Below, piece by piece: positions 36,301 to 53,000 of a stretch of 64,000 bases of DNA. Source of the stretch: Podarcis bocagei (Eukaryota); the NCBI GenBank assembly GCA_964188305.1, contig OZ076892.1; one strand, given 5' to 3'. Positions within the stretch are counted from its first letter, which is position 1. Each line of letters begins with the position of its first letter. The notes beneath the pieces are model-generated. The model was not told the origin of the DNA and made no database searches. It worked only from the letters and a program-made list of their open reading frames with translations. Both the position numbers and the translations under genes were made by a program.

Positions 36301-37551
36301 GTGTGTAGAGTTGGCCAAGCAATAAATGAATAAATAACCCCTCCCTACAACCCCGGACATGTCCTTTAAAATGTAAAAATCCCCCTGGATTGGGCCTGTT
36401 GGCCCCCCAAAAGAGGACATGTCTGGGATGCCCTGGATTTATGGCAACCCTAACATAGTTCCATCAGTACTGTAGTTGACTCTACACATCATGCCAAGGG
36501 CTGGGTGGAATTTGACCACTACCCTGGATTTCTGATGAGGTGCAGTAGTGGTAAAACCTCCCAACTGCTGAGCCAGTAGCAATAACCAGCTTACCGAGTG
36601 GTTCCATCCATCCCATAAAGTTTGTAAATGAATTTGTGTTTCAGAATCAAAGGAAGAAGGCAGCAGCAGCATCAACACTTCCCTCTTTGGTTCGAAAAAG
36701 AAGGTAACCAAGCCTACACCCAGTCTGGAGCTGAGCACTCCAGTGGGGAGAAATAGGCCTGCCTTGACAAGACCCCTCTAAATGGAGGCCAGTTGATGAG
36801 GACCCCCTCCCAAATGAAAGAACTGATGAAATCCCCATTAATGGGAACATAGAAAGCTGCCATATGCTGAATCCTGGTCCGTCTAGCTCAGTATTGTCTG
36901 TGCTACAGGGTTTCAGTCCAGGTGTCTCTTTCGCGGCTCTACCTGGAGATATCACAGGTTTGAAGCTGGGATCTTCTGCATATTCAACCACTGGACTAAG
37001 GGGCCTTTCCTAATTAATTAAATAATCAAGGGTCTTGGATACCCAGGTGTTTCAAAGAAGCCTGGGCAATCTCAACACATTATATCTGCTATCTTTGATG
37101 GCCTCTTCAACCACACTGTAAGGTGGCAGAATTTTATTTTTATTACCCACATATTGCAGAAGAAGGACTAAGTGTTCCACCAAGTTGGGTTTAATGTCTT
37201 GAAATATGGGCTGGATATTTGCCTGCTGTGAGTTACTGAGCTACATCCCATGTCAGTGGCAATCCTCTGTTAGCAACAGCCATGGAACCATCTCCAGAGG
37301 GTGGGGTATCTGTCGTTCTGTCATGGGGACAAGGGGCAAGTTTTGCAGCACTTGATGGTTGCTCATGAGAGCCTATGCCCTCTTCTTTCTAGATCTGGAC
37401 TTCAGAGGAGTCTCAGTGGATTAAGGAAGGCGTGAAGAAGTTTGGGGAAGGGAGGTGGAAAGCCATTTCCCAGGCATTCCCCTTTAAGAACCGCACTCCT
37501 GTGGCGATCAAGGACCGATGGCGGACGATGAAGAATCTGGGGCTCTTGTGA
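30339..37551 (+). CDS. TERF2: Telomeric repeat-binding factor 2 (TRF2, shelterin), about 567 aa
   Basis: 9 exons, 1704 nt: 30339-30543, 31966-32180, 32774-32860, 33234-33380, 34048-34433, 34631-34999, 35659-35735, 36645-36703, 37393-37551. TRFH domain ([25 protein letters not shown]), RAP1-binding-like [12 protein letters not shown]...FSKLD, TIN2-binding-like SISTLVM, Myb/telobox [21 protein letters not shown]...[15 protein letters not shown] at 37876. Confidence 0.95.
30636..30745 (-). mobile_element. L2-like LINE/SINE 3' tail; related copies near 30925-31000, 31570-31630 and 54682-54920
   Basis: Shared TTTATT...ATACCCCGCCC...CTGGCTGGGTTTCC..AGCCACTCTGGGCGGCT...AAAACATCAAACATTAAAA sequence recurring within the window. 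Confidence 0.6.
33430..33620 (+). mobile_element. tRNA-derived squamate SINE (Squam3-like); related copies near 36860-37005 (-), 44635-44800 (+), 56060-56240 (-)
   Basis: A-box/B-box-like head GCATAGCTTAGTAG...AGGTCCCAAGTTCAATCCCTGGCATCTC. Confidence 0.55.
36198..36452. mobile_element. hAT-type MITE in a TERF2 intron
   Basis: TIRs TAGGGTTGCCA / TGGCAACCCTA with a perfect 8-bp TSD ACATAGTT (36190-36197 and 36453-36460). Confidence 0.88.
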
Positions 37552-37929
37552 ACCTGGGGGCAAGTGCCTGAGCTCCAACGCTATGTGGACACAGGGTGGG
37601 CCAGAGGTACTTTTGCAGTGTATTGCATTGGGCCAGCAGGCTGATAGCCACAATCTCTTAGCATCACTGGAGGCTTCTCCCTCTGCTTTCTGACATAGGC
37701 TCTCCCCCTCCCTCCATTTTTTTTTCCTTTTATTTTTCAGTACTGAAAATACAGATTCAACCTTGTGTAAACAATTGCTATGGAAAGTGCACGTTTTACA
37801 GTATAAAAAATACGTCATTTCAATTTTTTATTTTCTTATAAATGTTATTTTTCACTGTAGGTCTGCTGTGATATTAATAAACTGGTATTATGCCATAATC
37901 ATCTGGAGTACAAATGCTATAAATAAGGT

Positions 37930-40700
37930 TAAAGTAAAAAGACAGTAGAATAAGATATATTCTCTCCACAAACAGGATGACATCATCTTATAGTCTCACG
38001 ATAGGCAAACATTCTTATTTACTTGTGGAATCAAGTTACTTCAATTAGTATTAGTAACATACTATATAAAATCCCACCACACTGCACCAAAATCCATAGG
38101 TTGTGCCTCAACTTGAATTAATTGAAAACTAAATGTAATTTTTGCTGAAATTGCAGTGTTGTACATGTTTTTATACCACAAAATATTTCCAGTGTTGGAC
38201 AATAGACCGCCTTGCTACAGTTGGTAAAGTGATGAGTTCTTTAGATAGTACATTTTTATTTGTACCTTGGAACATTGTTAAAATAAAAAGCTATGGAGTG
38301 AATTCAGTTTTCTTTATTAGTGCTGTTAGTTCTATGTGAACCAGGGACCAAACAACTTGTATTCAAGAACAAGTCCACCATAAATGTATATTTGTCCCCT
38401 TAGTGTCACATCCACACCAACATAAGGGGCTTATAGTTGATGTGATGTTGGGATGGAGTCCTATACCATCTGTGGAAGATTTTGAGTGAAAGTTCTTTAA
38501 TATTTGCAGACACTGACTTTAAAGGGTTTCTTCATCCATATGCCTTTCCAAATTGAGTATTCCATTGTTACTTTTACATCATGTTCCCATTTTGATTTTA
38601 GGCTAGACAAGTCCCCAAATTAGTTCTGTATTAAGTAACCATAAAATTTTGATACTATTTCCTTACCTCCATTACCTAGTGGCACCTTGGATCATTCAAA
38701 AGAAGTTGCATGTAATTTAACCATCAGATCCTTTAGTAAATGTTTGATTTGTAGAATTTGAAGTCTTGTTTAAAGTTAATTCCCATTTTTAGTACATTTA
38801 AAGTTACTGGTCTTACTCCTGTAAAAAAAATTCACAGTCTGAAATAACCCAATTTTACCCTTTTCTTTATTTTAGCTTTTAAAGTATCATCTTTCAGACT
38901 GGCATATGTCTGCAGAGAAGTGAGTGGTGAACAACCTGGGGAGAGTCAACTTCCATATCCTCAATTTAGTTTGTAAATATGGGTTATTCATTTGGGTGAT
39001 AATTTTAAGGTTTTTGAAAGATAAAGCACATAGCAGACCTAGGGCTATTTGTTTTTCTTCCAAATTGATCCATTTCTTACCATCCTTCATAATCATGAAA
39101 GCCTGCTGTCTCAATTGGAACGCATCATGGTATACCGAGAGGTTTGGTAAACCCCAACAACTTTGATTTTAAAAAGAAAAGAAAATAAGATTTCATGGGC
39201 AACCTTGAAGACTTATCTTGAAATATGAAACAATTTTAGTTTGCCATTTGGACGTTGGAGAAAAGTAAGGAGGACCTGAAAGAGAGACAGAAAATGGGGA
39301 ATTAACATATGTACTGCTGCAATAGAGCCTAAAATGGAAAGGTTAAATTTGTTCCATTTTTTTAATGTCCATGTTCATTTTTAAAATAATGGGATAATTC
39401 AGTTTAGATTCATGGTTCATGTTTTTTAGAATTGGCACACCCAAGTCTCAGATGCAGAGCAGCACATAGGTGTATTAAGAATATGACAAGTGTGTATTTC
39501 AATCAGTGGTGGAAGACTGAAAAACATCATTGATTTTCCAATGTTTACTTTTAAGCCTGACACTTTAGAAAAAGATTTTCATTCTTCCTTTAATGCACAG
39601 GCTGACCCCTTAGGGCCTTTCATCATCACAACAATATCATCTGCATACATTGTCAATAGATGCTCTTCGCCCTCTCTTGAATATCCTTTTACATTTGGAT
39701 TAAGACGTAAGATATTAGCGAATGGTTCAAAAGAGAAGACGAGGAGCAGTAGCCACAAGGGACAACCTTTTTTGTCCCCCTCCAGATAGCAATTGCTGAG
39801 GAGTCCATGTTATTAATTCTTAGAGTAGCTGAATTATTTGAATAGAGTTTAGCTATTGCTGTAATAAGGTGATAGCCTAGTAGGCATGTCCGCAAAATGT
39901 TAAGAGAGAACACCATTCCAGACCACCAAAGGCTTTGTAAATTTCTAAGGAACATAAATCCAAAAAGAACAGTCTTATGGGATCCAAGATATGCCCAAGA
40001 GGTATGTTTCGTCTGTATGGATTAAATTCCTAATTATTAGATTTAAATGTGCAACTAAAATTGAGAAGAAGATAATCTGGTCCTGATTCAATAAGGTAAT
40101 TCGCCTGTATGAGCACACCTGTGCTTTATCTCTGCCTGGCTTTAGAAGGACAGTTATTCTGGATCAATGCCTATGTATCAGCGCCTGATTGCTCTTGCCA
40201 GATGGATAAAGTTGACAAATATAAAGTGTGAGTAGGTCTCTGTATTTTTTAAAAAATGTGTTGCCAAGCCCATTGGGTCAAGGGCTCATATACAGTATTT
40301 CAGTTTTTTTAATAGCTTGATCAATTTCTTCTGCAGAATGTTACCTTTTGTTGTGCTTTCTTTATGAAAGGTTTGATAACACATCTTCTCACTTAATTTT
40401 TTTCAGGTAAAGGGTTATTTGGGTTATATAGCTCTTTATAAAACTCTATAAACATATTGCTAATCTGATTTTAGTCATGAGTGAGTTCCATATTTAAAGT
40501 AATTATTTAAATACATTGCTTACTTTTGAGAGCCCTGGCTAGCATTTGGAATGTTTATTACCATGTTCATATAACTTTTGACTCACAACAAGCATGGATT
40601 TGCCTATTCTCTCCATATATAACATTTCTAATTCTGACCTTTTGTGTTCCAATTTTCTAAGGATTTAATTAGAACCTGTTTCAAAGTGCATTTCCCCCCC
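37930..40700 (-). mobile_element. Old, heavily decayed L1 ORF2 (RT region)
   Basis: Minus-strand YADD at 39647-39636 and GTKKGCPL (QGCPLSP-like) near 39780-39755. AT-rich with many stops and frameshifts. Boundaries approximate. Confidence 0.75.
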
Positions 40701-42173
40701 CCCCAACCTCTATGTTTCATGTTCCTTTAACAGGCGCTGCTTCCCATGATAGTTACGTAAAAGGAATCTCCACCATGCTATTTAGTTTGGCACTAGCATT
40801 CCATGTGTTCTGAGGCAGGACAAAGGTGTTGCTAGTTGTTCTCCCATTGGGGCAGACTGTTCCCGTCACCACTGTTTTTCCTGTTCCTTTTTTTAGCTGG
40901 TGGTACTGCTTGAACTTCAAATGTGTTGGAGGACATGCTGGCTTATGTGAGTCCAAGAAGCGGTTGATTGTGTAGCGTGGATGGAGCCAGACACCACATG
41001 CAAAATGGGTTGTGGCTGTGCTCTCCCTCTGCCTCACTACCAAAACTACACAGATCTTGAAAGTGGTTAGCTTTTTTTCCATGAGCAGATTTTATCCCAG
41101 AGGTGCCCCCCTCTCTTATCTCAGCTGCTGGGAAAACTTCCTCCTGCGATACACAGTTTGTCCTTCAAGCACCAGCTGCTACAAGCAAGCAGAGTTTGTG
41201 CTTTGAGTAACAAGGAGACAAGAAGGATTTGCGCTGAAGTGGGTGGAATGGAATGCAGCCATACTCTGGGCAAAGAAAAGGACAAACTAGTTAGGGCAGT
41301 TCTTCCCAACAAAGGGCTTTAGTAGGAAAGAGATACTATTTAAATCAAACTGCAGTCTTGGGACTTAAAATGCAGTATGTGTGAGTTGCAGTAATGAAAG
41401 TGTGACCTGCTTACCCTCAAGTATAGCAGATTTGATCGCTCTGTGCTTTTTGCTGTTGGGTAACCTGCCTTCGTCTAAGACAGAATAGATCTAACCATTC
41501 CCTGTTGCCTTTTAGCATAAAAGCATCAGAAGAGCCCTGCAGCAGCTGAATAATCTGGTCAAATAGGGGCCCATCTAGTCCAGGACATGGTTTTCAAAGC
41601 GGCCAGCCAAATGCCCCAACAGGAAACCTGCAGCAAAGAGTACCAGTGTGGTGGTTGAATTAGCCAGAATGTCAGGCTATGAGGGACTGGTTCCAGCCAG
41701 GTTCAAAGCATTGAGCAGGAAAACTCCCTGGGTCAGCCTGGCCACAGGGTGGTGGTTATGAAAAAGATGGTGTTGGAGGAGCCAGGTATGCCACCTGGAG
41801 ATCTTAGGAGGAAAGGTGAGGAATCAATGTTCTGTCTGCCCCTCGGCTGCCTCACCCGTACAGGGCCTAGTGCTCTGCTCAATTGCTGCAAGAGGCTTGT
41901 GCTTGAAGGAACACTTTACCCCTGCCTGCCCTAGCCTCCAGATCTCTTGGACTACAGGTTACATCAGCACAACCATCTGAGACTAGGGCTGATGGGAATT
42001 GCAATCCAAGAAGTCTGGCAAGCAGCAGGTAGGGGGAGGAACTGCTTTCCACTGAGCTCACTCCGCGTGTCCTTAAGGCATTGACTGCTTCCTTGAGGAA
42101 TGAAGAGTTGATTCAGCAGCAAGCTGCACAAACACAGGGCATGAGGGTGGAGTTAATGATTACCAGCTGCTAG

Positions 42174-45996
<3,823 letters not shown>

Positions 45997-46802
45997 GGCT
46001 GCTTCAGAAGGCTATTTATGCCAGGCTGAAAAGCCAAACTGCTCTCTCCTTGCCACCCTCTCAACACCCAACTGACTAAATACCTGCAAGCCGCAAAGGA
46101 GAGCAAGGGCATGTCCACCTGCTGGTGCGGCTTCTTTTTTGGTGGGGGGAGGGGTGTTGGCTGAAAAATCCAAGTATTCTTCCAGAGGGGCCACAGGGGG
46201 GTGGTTGACTTGAAATGAAACTGCCCCAAGTTAAAATAAACATGGCTCAAAATGCAGGAGTCCTGCTGCAACCACAGCATACGTATGTGAGATTTTTACA
46301 TTGAGCAAGAGGTACATTAAGGGCATAGTTAGTAAATGGGGGTGCGCATGCAGACACAGACGATCTCCACCACCACCAAACACAAGATTCCTTCCTCTTC
46401 CTTTAGAGGCAGCCAGCTTGGAAGCAAAGGCAGCTGCAGTAGGGAAGGTGGGAGGAAAAGAGAACTTCTAGCTTTTGGTTCTCCGCGGCTTTGTGAAACA
46501 GCTCTGGTTCCCCAGCCCCAAAGCCCAGGACAAAATAAAAGAGGCTGTAATGCAATCAGTTCCCTGAACACCAGATGAATCAAGACAATGAAAGGAGAAA
46601 AATGAAATAGCTTTACTGTGTCAGAATTGTAGCTGTGTCCCTAGAACTGCCAGGCCTGCAGCTACATCCCAAAGTTTTGTGACTCATACACAGTTGCGCC
46701 TTCCACAGTCTGCATGAAAAGGGGCACAGGCTGGTTGAAAGCCTGCAGCTTCTATCTGAGGAGGGTGGGAAAGTCAGTCTTTGGGGCTTTCTGCCCTGCC
46801 AT

Positions 46803-49706
46803 TTATGTCAGCGTCTCTTCATGCCGTATGTATTCTCCAATATCCGCTTGGTGAAAAACCACGATCGCCATGGGGTCCACTTTCCGGCACTCCTGGGTGG
46901 ACTTGGCTGCCACTCCAAAGCCCTAAGAAGGTCAATTGGAACAAGGAAGGAATTAAGACCTTGGGGGGGAGGCATTGTCTTAACTTCAAATTCACTCAGG
47001 TCCAACCATCCCACCCACCCACTAGGTGTTACTCACCAGGGGGACGTCAGCCATGGAATATACCACCACACCCTGGTACTGGGCAGTGCTCTCTGTGATG
47101 CGCCCCAAGCCAGACTTCAGTATGTGGTTTCCGTAAAGGAAGGACTGCTCTGCCCCAGGCTTCACCCACACTTTGTACTGCATGAGAAAAAAATGAGAGA
47201 TATCCTCTTTGAGTTAGATTTACCACTATACGGGTTCCCTTTCTGTGTCCTCCTTAGATTAGCACAATCAAAAACAATACCCTCCTTCCCAAGAAACAGC
47301 TAGCAGGTCCCCACCCCACACAGCACTACAGGTGTTTTGACATTTTTGGTAGGCTAGGTAAAGGTAAAGGGACCCCTGACCGTTAGGTCCAGTCGTGGAC
47401 TACTATGGGGTTGCGGCGCTCATCTCGCTTTATTGGCGGAGGGAGCCGGCGTACAGCTTCCGGGTCATGTGGTCAACATGACTAAGCCGCTTCTGACGAA
47501 ACCAGAGCAGCGCACAGAAACACCGTTTACCTTCCTGCCAGAGTGGAACCTATTTTGGTACGATAGGTAAAGGTAAAGGTACCCCTGCCCGTACGGGCCA
47601 GTCTTGCCAGACTCTAGGGTTGTGCGCTCATCTCACTCTATAGGCCGGGAGCCAGCACTGTCCGCAGACACTTCCGGGTCACGTGGCCAGCGTGACAAGC
47701 TGCATCTGGCGAGCCAGTGCAGCACACGAAACGCTGTTTACCTTCCCGCTGGTAAGCGGTCCCTATTTATCTACTTGCACCCGGGGGTGCTTTCGAACTG
47801 CTAGGTTGGCAGGTGCTGGGACCGAACGACGGGAGCGTACCCCGCCGCGGGGATTCGAACCGCCGACCATGCGATCGGCAAGTCCTAGGCGCTGAGGTTT
47901 TACCCACAGCGCCACCCGCGTCCCCTATTTTGGTACGATAGTGCCTCTCAAATCAGTGTTCCTCTGTGCCATCTTTACCTTGGCGTAGGGAGCAAGGTAA
48001 TCGAGGGCAGTGATGTGGAGTCGGAACTTCTGGCTCTTGGTGAACTTTCCAAAGCAGGTGCCGAGAGATACCAGATTCTCCCGGGGGATGTTTGTAGCAA
48101 GCTTCAGAATCCTCTCACTAAGAAACAGAAAGCAAAGACTTATCATTGGGACTCGGTCTCTCCAGATTCAGAAGCTCCGAAGTCACCATCAGAGCATCAC
48201 TGAACCATGCTGTGGCCTGAGGCACACTTCAAGTACCTGCAGCCAATATTGTGGCTTTTTGGTCATATGCTTCCATAGGGGAGAGAAGAAGCTTTAAGGT
48301 ACCTAAACCAAATTGGGGATACTGAGATGATGGAAAGGCAGGTTTGGGGATTTAATCCAAGCAACCCTAAAACAAGAAAGACCTTATAGCCACTCCTGGT
48401 CCCCAAATACAATGTGGTGCACTTGCACTGGAAGTGATAAAATGTGCCAAAAACTGGATCAGACAAAACGGGAGCTCAGAGTTAAATTATGAGACCAAGT
48501 CCCTCCTCTCTGTCCTTCATTTGCATATGAAAGACTGTCCATGAGTACAGCTTCCCTTAGTTCAGTTCTGCTCCTTTTACATCTTTTACTCTTCTGCTGC
48601 TAAAAACACAAGGGAAGCAAGATCTCTTTCCCAGCACCTTGCAGCTCTGTAGTGAAAACAAGCAGCATCTTACAAAAGAAAACAGGCCCTTTCCTTTCCC
48701 TCACAGAAGCCTCTACTCTTCTCCCCACCCACAAAGACGTGGGTACATTCTGGAAGAGGAAGAGAGCCTTACACATGTTCAAAGATCCATCCTATTATTT
48801 TTACTTAATGTGTGTTATGGATGAGGGTATAAACATTAATAACATGCCCCAGGGTGAATGTAGGCCCTCCTCACCTGAGATAGTAGACACGGTCCTTGTG
48901 CAGGCGGAAGCAGTAGGCACCATCTGGCCGGTCAACCAGGAGCTGGATGTTCTCACCAATACTTAAAATGGTTGGAACAAAGAGACACACTGTCAGCCAG
49001 TCCCCACAAAACATGAGAACAGCCCTCTTACGCTAGATTTGACCAAATGCCCAATTAGTTCAGCCTCCTGCTCCTGGCAAAAGCAAGTCAAATGCCTGCA
49101 GGGAGCCAGCAAGCAGGGGTGGAGAACAGCAGCCATTTCTAAGACATACTGCCTCTGTATATGAAGACTTCAATTTTAAACTATTGTACTGACTTCCCCA
49201 TAACCCCTGTAATTATTTTTCTGCATTAAACACGACCCATCTAGTTCTCCTGCTCTTGTCTCCCAGCTAGTGGTATTCCGGGGAAGATTAAGAAGATTAA
49301 GAAGAGCTATTCCACACTGGTACAGTCTGTCTAGGAAGGTGGGTGCCCCCTTCCTCGCAGCAGAGCATGGGTTGCTGCTTGCCTATAATGTTGTGATTCT
49401 CTACATCCATTGGGGTGGGCTAGAGGACCTTTACGGTATCTTCCACCGCTATGGTTCAATGACGCTTCCACTTTACTTTCTGGGCCAACAGCAAGAGACA
49501 AACTTCCCCTCCTTCACTGATTTCTCTAATTCCCTCTGGAAGTCCATTGGGTGGGGATCCAGGTATCTTGTGTCAGTGAGTTGCATGGGTTAATCATAAA
49601 GCCTTAATGAACCCCGAGAACACAAGTGCCGCCACCTCCACCCCGCTTACTATTTGGAGAGCTTCTCGAAGAGCGCACGCGTTTCTTCCTCCGTGAGGGG
49701 CCGCAT
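46803..49706 (-). CDS. NIP7: 60S ribosome subunit biogenesis protein NIP7 homolog, 180 aa
   Basis: Exons 49651-49706, 48875-48961, 47979-48117, 47037-47177, 46803-46922 (543 nt). [33 protein letters not shown]...GTCFGKFTK...[15 protein letters not shown]...HEETLT. Confidence 0.97.
47357..47549 (-). mobile_element. Sauria SINE, 5'-truncated
   Basis: (ACCTTT)n tail read as GGTAAAGGTAAAGG; body homologous to the adjacent full-length copy. Confidence 0.8.
47567..47924 (-). mobile_element. Sauria SINE, full-length, young
   Basis: Head GGGACGCGGGTGGCGCTGTGG (A box) and GGTTCGAATCC (B box), (ACCTTT)n tail, high CpG retention, perfect TSD CTATTTTGGTACGATAG at 47550-47566 and 47925-47941. Confidence 0.9.
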
Positions 49707-50049
49707 CGCACCTTCCGAGACAGACGCCGGACACCCGCGTGGTTCCAATTCAAGGAAGCCTCGGATCAAAGACGTGAAGCGGAAGTTGCAACATCAAACT
49801 AAGTTCGGGTGTCCTACACGCATAGGCTCTTCCCGCTCTAGGCTGACACCCAGAAATATGTCTATGGTCACAATAGAGTGCAAGTGTTGGAGCGTCGTTG
49901 CGTGACGTCCAGGTCGCGTCATACGAACACAGAGGCTTCGGGCAGAGCGGCACCCGGATTTGCCACGGAGGACTAGCCTCCGCCTCTGGCTAGCGCGGCC
50001 TCCCGGTTGCCATAGCGATCACTTCCTGGTCCACGTCGAGGGAAGCCCA
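49707..50049. promoter_or_regulatory. NIP7/COG8 bidirectional promoter
   Basis: 343 bp between divergent ATGs, CpG-rich. ETS CGGAAGT about 49780, CRE-like TGACGTC about 49903, X-box-like GTTGCCATAGCGAT 50006-50019. Confidence 0.8.
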
Positions 50050-53000
50050 ATGGCGGCCCCGGAGCCTTCGGCGGACCTAGAGGAAGCGAGCCTGCTGGCA
50101 TGGCTGTTCCGCGGGGCGACCTCGCCGCTGCCTCCGCCCCTGGCGGCGGGGGACGCGGAGCTGGCGACCTACCTGTCGGCGCTGGCTGGGCTGGGCCTGG
50201 AGGCCTTGCGGAGGGAACCCGGCCGGTTGGCGGAGGAACGAGCGCAGCTCGGGGCGCAGACGCGGGCCTTGGCCTTTGCCCACTACAAGACCTTCATCCG
50301 CTCCGCCGAATGCACCGCTGAGACGCGTCGCGGCTTCGGTGGCATCGAGCAGGGCCTCGACCGCCTCTTGGGCCGCCTCCCACCCTTCGCCGAGGCCTGC
50401 CGGTGAGCAGGAGGAGTTGGAGGCCAAGGCTGCCGCCACACTCCTTTTGGGGGCAGGAATAATCCTGGGGCGCCCCACCGTTAACTTATGGAACTCACTG
50501 CCATTGGAATGGGTGGGTTAGAGGGGGCTGGCTGGCTTCCCCTTTTGCTTTTCCTGGCTTAACTTGCTTTCTTCTTCTTCTTTTGCTCCTGCCTCTAGGA
50601 ACTTCATGCAGGAGGCTGAACAGATCACTCAGAACCGCCGTATGAACAGCTTGACCCTGAACCTCCACACAGAGATCCTGGAAGTGCTGGAGATCCCCCA
50701 GCTGATGGACACCTGCGTTCGCAACAGTTACTACGAGGAGGCCCTGGAGCTGGTGTCCTATGTCCGCCGCCTGGAGAAGAAGCACGCCACCATCCCTGTC
50801 ATCCAGGTGCAGACATGTTCTGAGCCTGACAGGTGCCAGAGCTGCCTTAAGCCATACGGTGATAGTAGGTCCCAGCCATTTGCTACTAGAGTTTCAGGAC
50901 CTGAGCAAAAGCTTAGTGAAGAAAGGCATCTCCAACCCTTTGCATTTGTTTTCTCTGCCATGGCTCACAGAGGCAGAGGTGGGGTGGCTTCTGTTCTGGT
51001 TTCCTAAGTTTGATCCAGGTTGTTTGACTGCCTAAGGATACCCGAGACCCACAATGGACCATCATGAGCTGTCATGTTCTGTTTGTAGAAGCCAGAATAT
51101 TTCTGGATTTGAGGCTTCTTCTCTTGTTGCTTTTTTCTTGACCAAGTGCTTATGTTGCTTATTGCAGCCAGGGTTTGTGCATGTGCTGTAGCGATCTATT
51201 TCTTTGACTTTCAACAAGAGCAGGATATAAGCCACTGAACTCTTAAGTGCTGTCTGTAAAGCAGGGATAGATAGAAGGTAGACCACACCCCATCACTGAC
51301 TAATGACTATTGGCTAATGTCTAATTTGCTAGTTGCAGGGATTCTTGTACAGAAAGCTGAGATGAGGCAGGCCCTGTTCTGATCCAGTTAAAGGCCTTCT
51401 TCCATCTGCAAAGAAGAACGCATTCTTAAGGTCACAACACTTTATTTATTTACCACATTTATATCCCACTCTTCCTCCCAAAGGAACTCAGGACGACAGC
51501 AAGTGAAACCTCTTTAAAAGTTCCCAAAAGTACACATCATTATAAAATGTAGTTACCTCATACCAGGTTTGACTGTGCACTAAGCCCAGTATTGTCTACT
51601 CTGGCAGCCAGAGTATATCTAGTATATCAAGCAGGTATATCTACCACTGACCTATAGACCCTCTCATAAGTGATCACATGGATGGACCATAAGGACTGTA
51701 GTGAAAATAAAATAGTTTGTGCAGTATTGAGATCAGCTTGGTTTGGGTACCATGGGTAACAGAAGTTTATTTTGTCTCTCTTCTCCTTCCCAGGGCATAG
51801 TGGCAGAGGTGCGCCAGTCCACACAGCTCATGCTTACGCAGCTGATCCAGCAGCTTCGCACCAACATTCAGCTGCCAGCCTGCTTGCGCATCATTGGCTA
51901 CCTTCGCTGCATGGATGTCTTCACTGAGGCTGAGCTACGAATTACTTTCCTGCAGGCACGGGACATCTGGCTACGTTCTATCCTTGCTGCTGTTCCTGGT
52001 GACGACCCCTATGTGCATATTACCAAGACCATTGAGGCCTGCCGCGTGCACCTCTTTGACATTGTCACGCAGTACCGTGCCATTTTTGCTGACGAGGAGC
52101 CGCTGGTGCCTCCACCTGGGCAGGACACCCTCAATGAAAGTGCCATCTTCCATGGGTGGGTCCTGCAGAAGGTCTCCCAGTTCCTGCTGGTGCTTGAGCG
52201 TGACTTGCAGCGCGGTGTGGGCAGCCGCCTGGACTCCCTGCTGGGCCAATGCATGTACTTTGGCCTCTCGTTCAGCCGTGTTGGAGCGGACTTCCGGGGC
52301 CTGCTCATCCCCATATTTCAGCGGGTGGCACTGGTCACCTTCAAGAGAGCCATGCAGGAAGCTGTGAACAAATTCCAGGAGGAGATGAACTCCTACACGC
52401 TAATCTCTGTGCCGACTGCCTTGGGCAGCAGCAGCACCATCCCTGTAGCAGTGGCTCCTTCTGCCCAGCCAGGCACCCTCCAGCCCCCCATGGTGCTGCT
52501 AGATTTCCCACCACTCGCCTGCTTCCTCAACAACATCCTGGTAGCCTTCAACGACCTCCGCCTCTGCTGCCCTGTGGCTCTTGCCCCAGACGTGGCAGCT
52601 ACCCTGGAGGATGCACTTGGCCAGGTGGGGCTCTCTGTTGCTCATGTGCACCAAGAGGCTGGATTAAAAATGCTCCAGATGTCTAGGTGACAGGACAGAA
52701 ATTTGCTAGCAGCAGAGTCTTAGCTGCTTGCAGCCTTATCTTTAGTTATACTCCTTGGAGTTTCCTAGCCCTTTTCAGCAACTTGGCAGGTCATGTTTGT
52801 GAGTTTATGCTTGTTCCCTCTGATGTTGCTGCTGTCTGTCTTTTCAGGGATGGGCCTCTGGCTTATTTCAAGAAGCCCTTTGCAAGCAACCAGTTCAGGC
52901 ATCTGACAACAGCAATCAGTGCTTGCTTTGGGTGGGCTGGAAGAGAGAGAGAGAGGAGAGAAAGAGAAAGTGGTTGACCTCGCCTGTTTTGGCTACTGAA

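Noticed and set aside
30339-37930. Interstitial telomeric (TTAGGG)n sites for TERF2 autoregulation
   Set aside because: Only isolated single hexamers were seen; no tandem array.
47830-47924. tRNA-like A and B boxes suggesting a tRNA gene
   Set aside because: This is the tRNA-derived head of a TSD-flanked Sauria SINE, not a cloverleaf tRNA.
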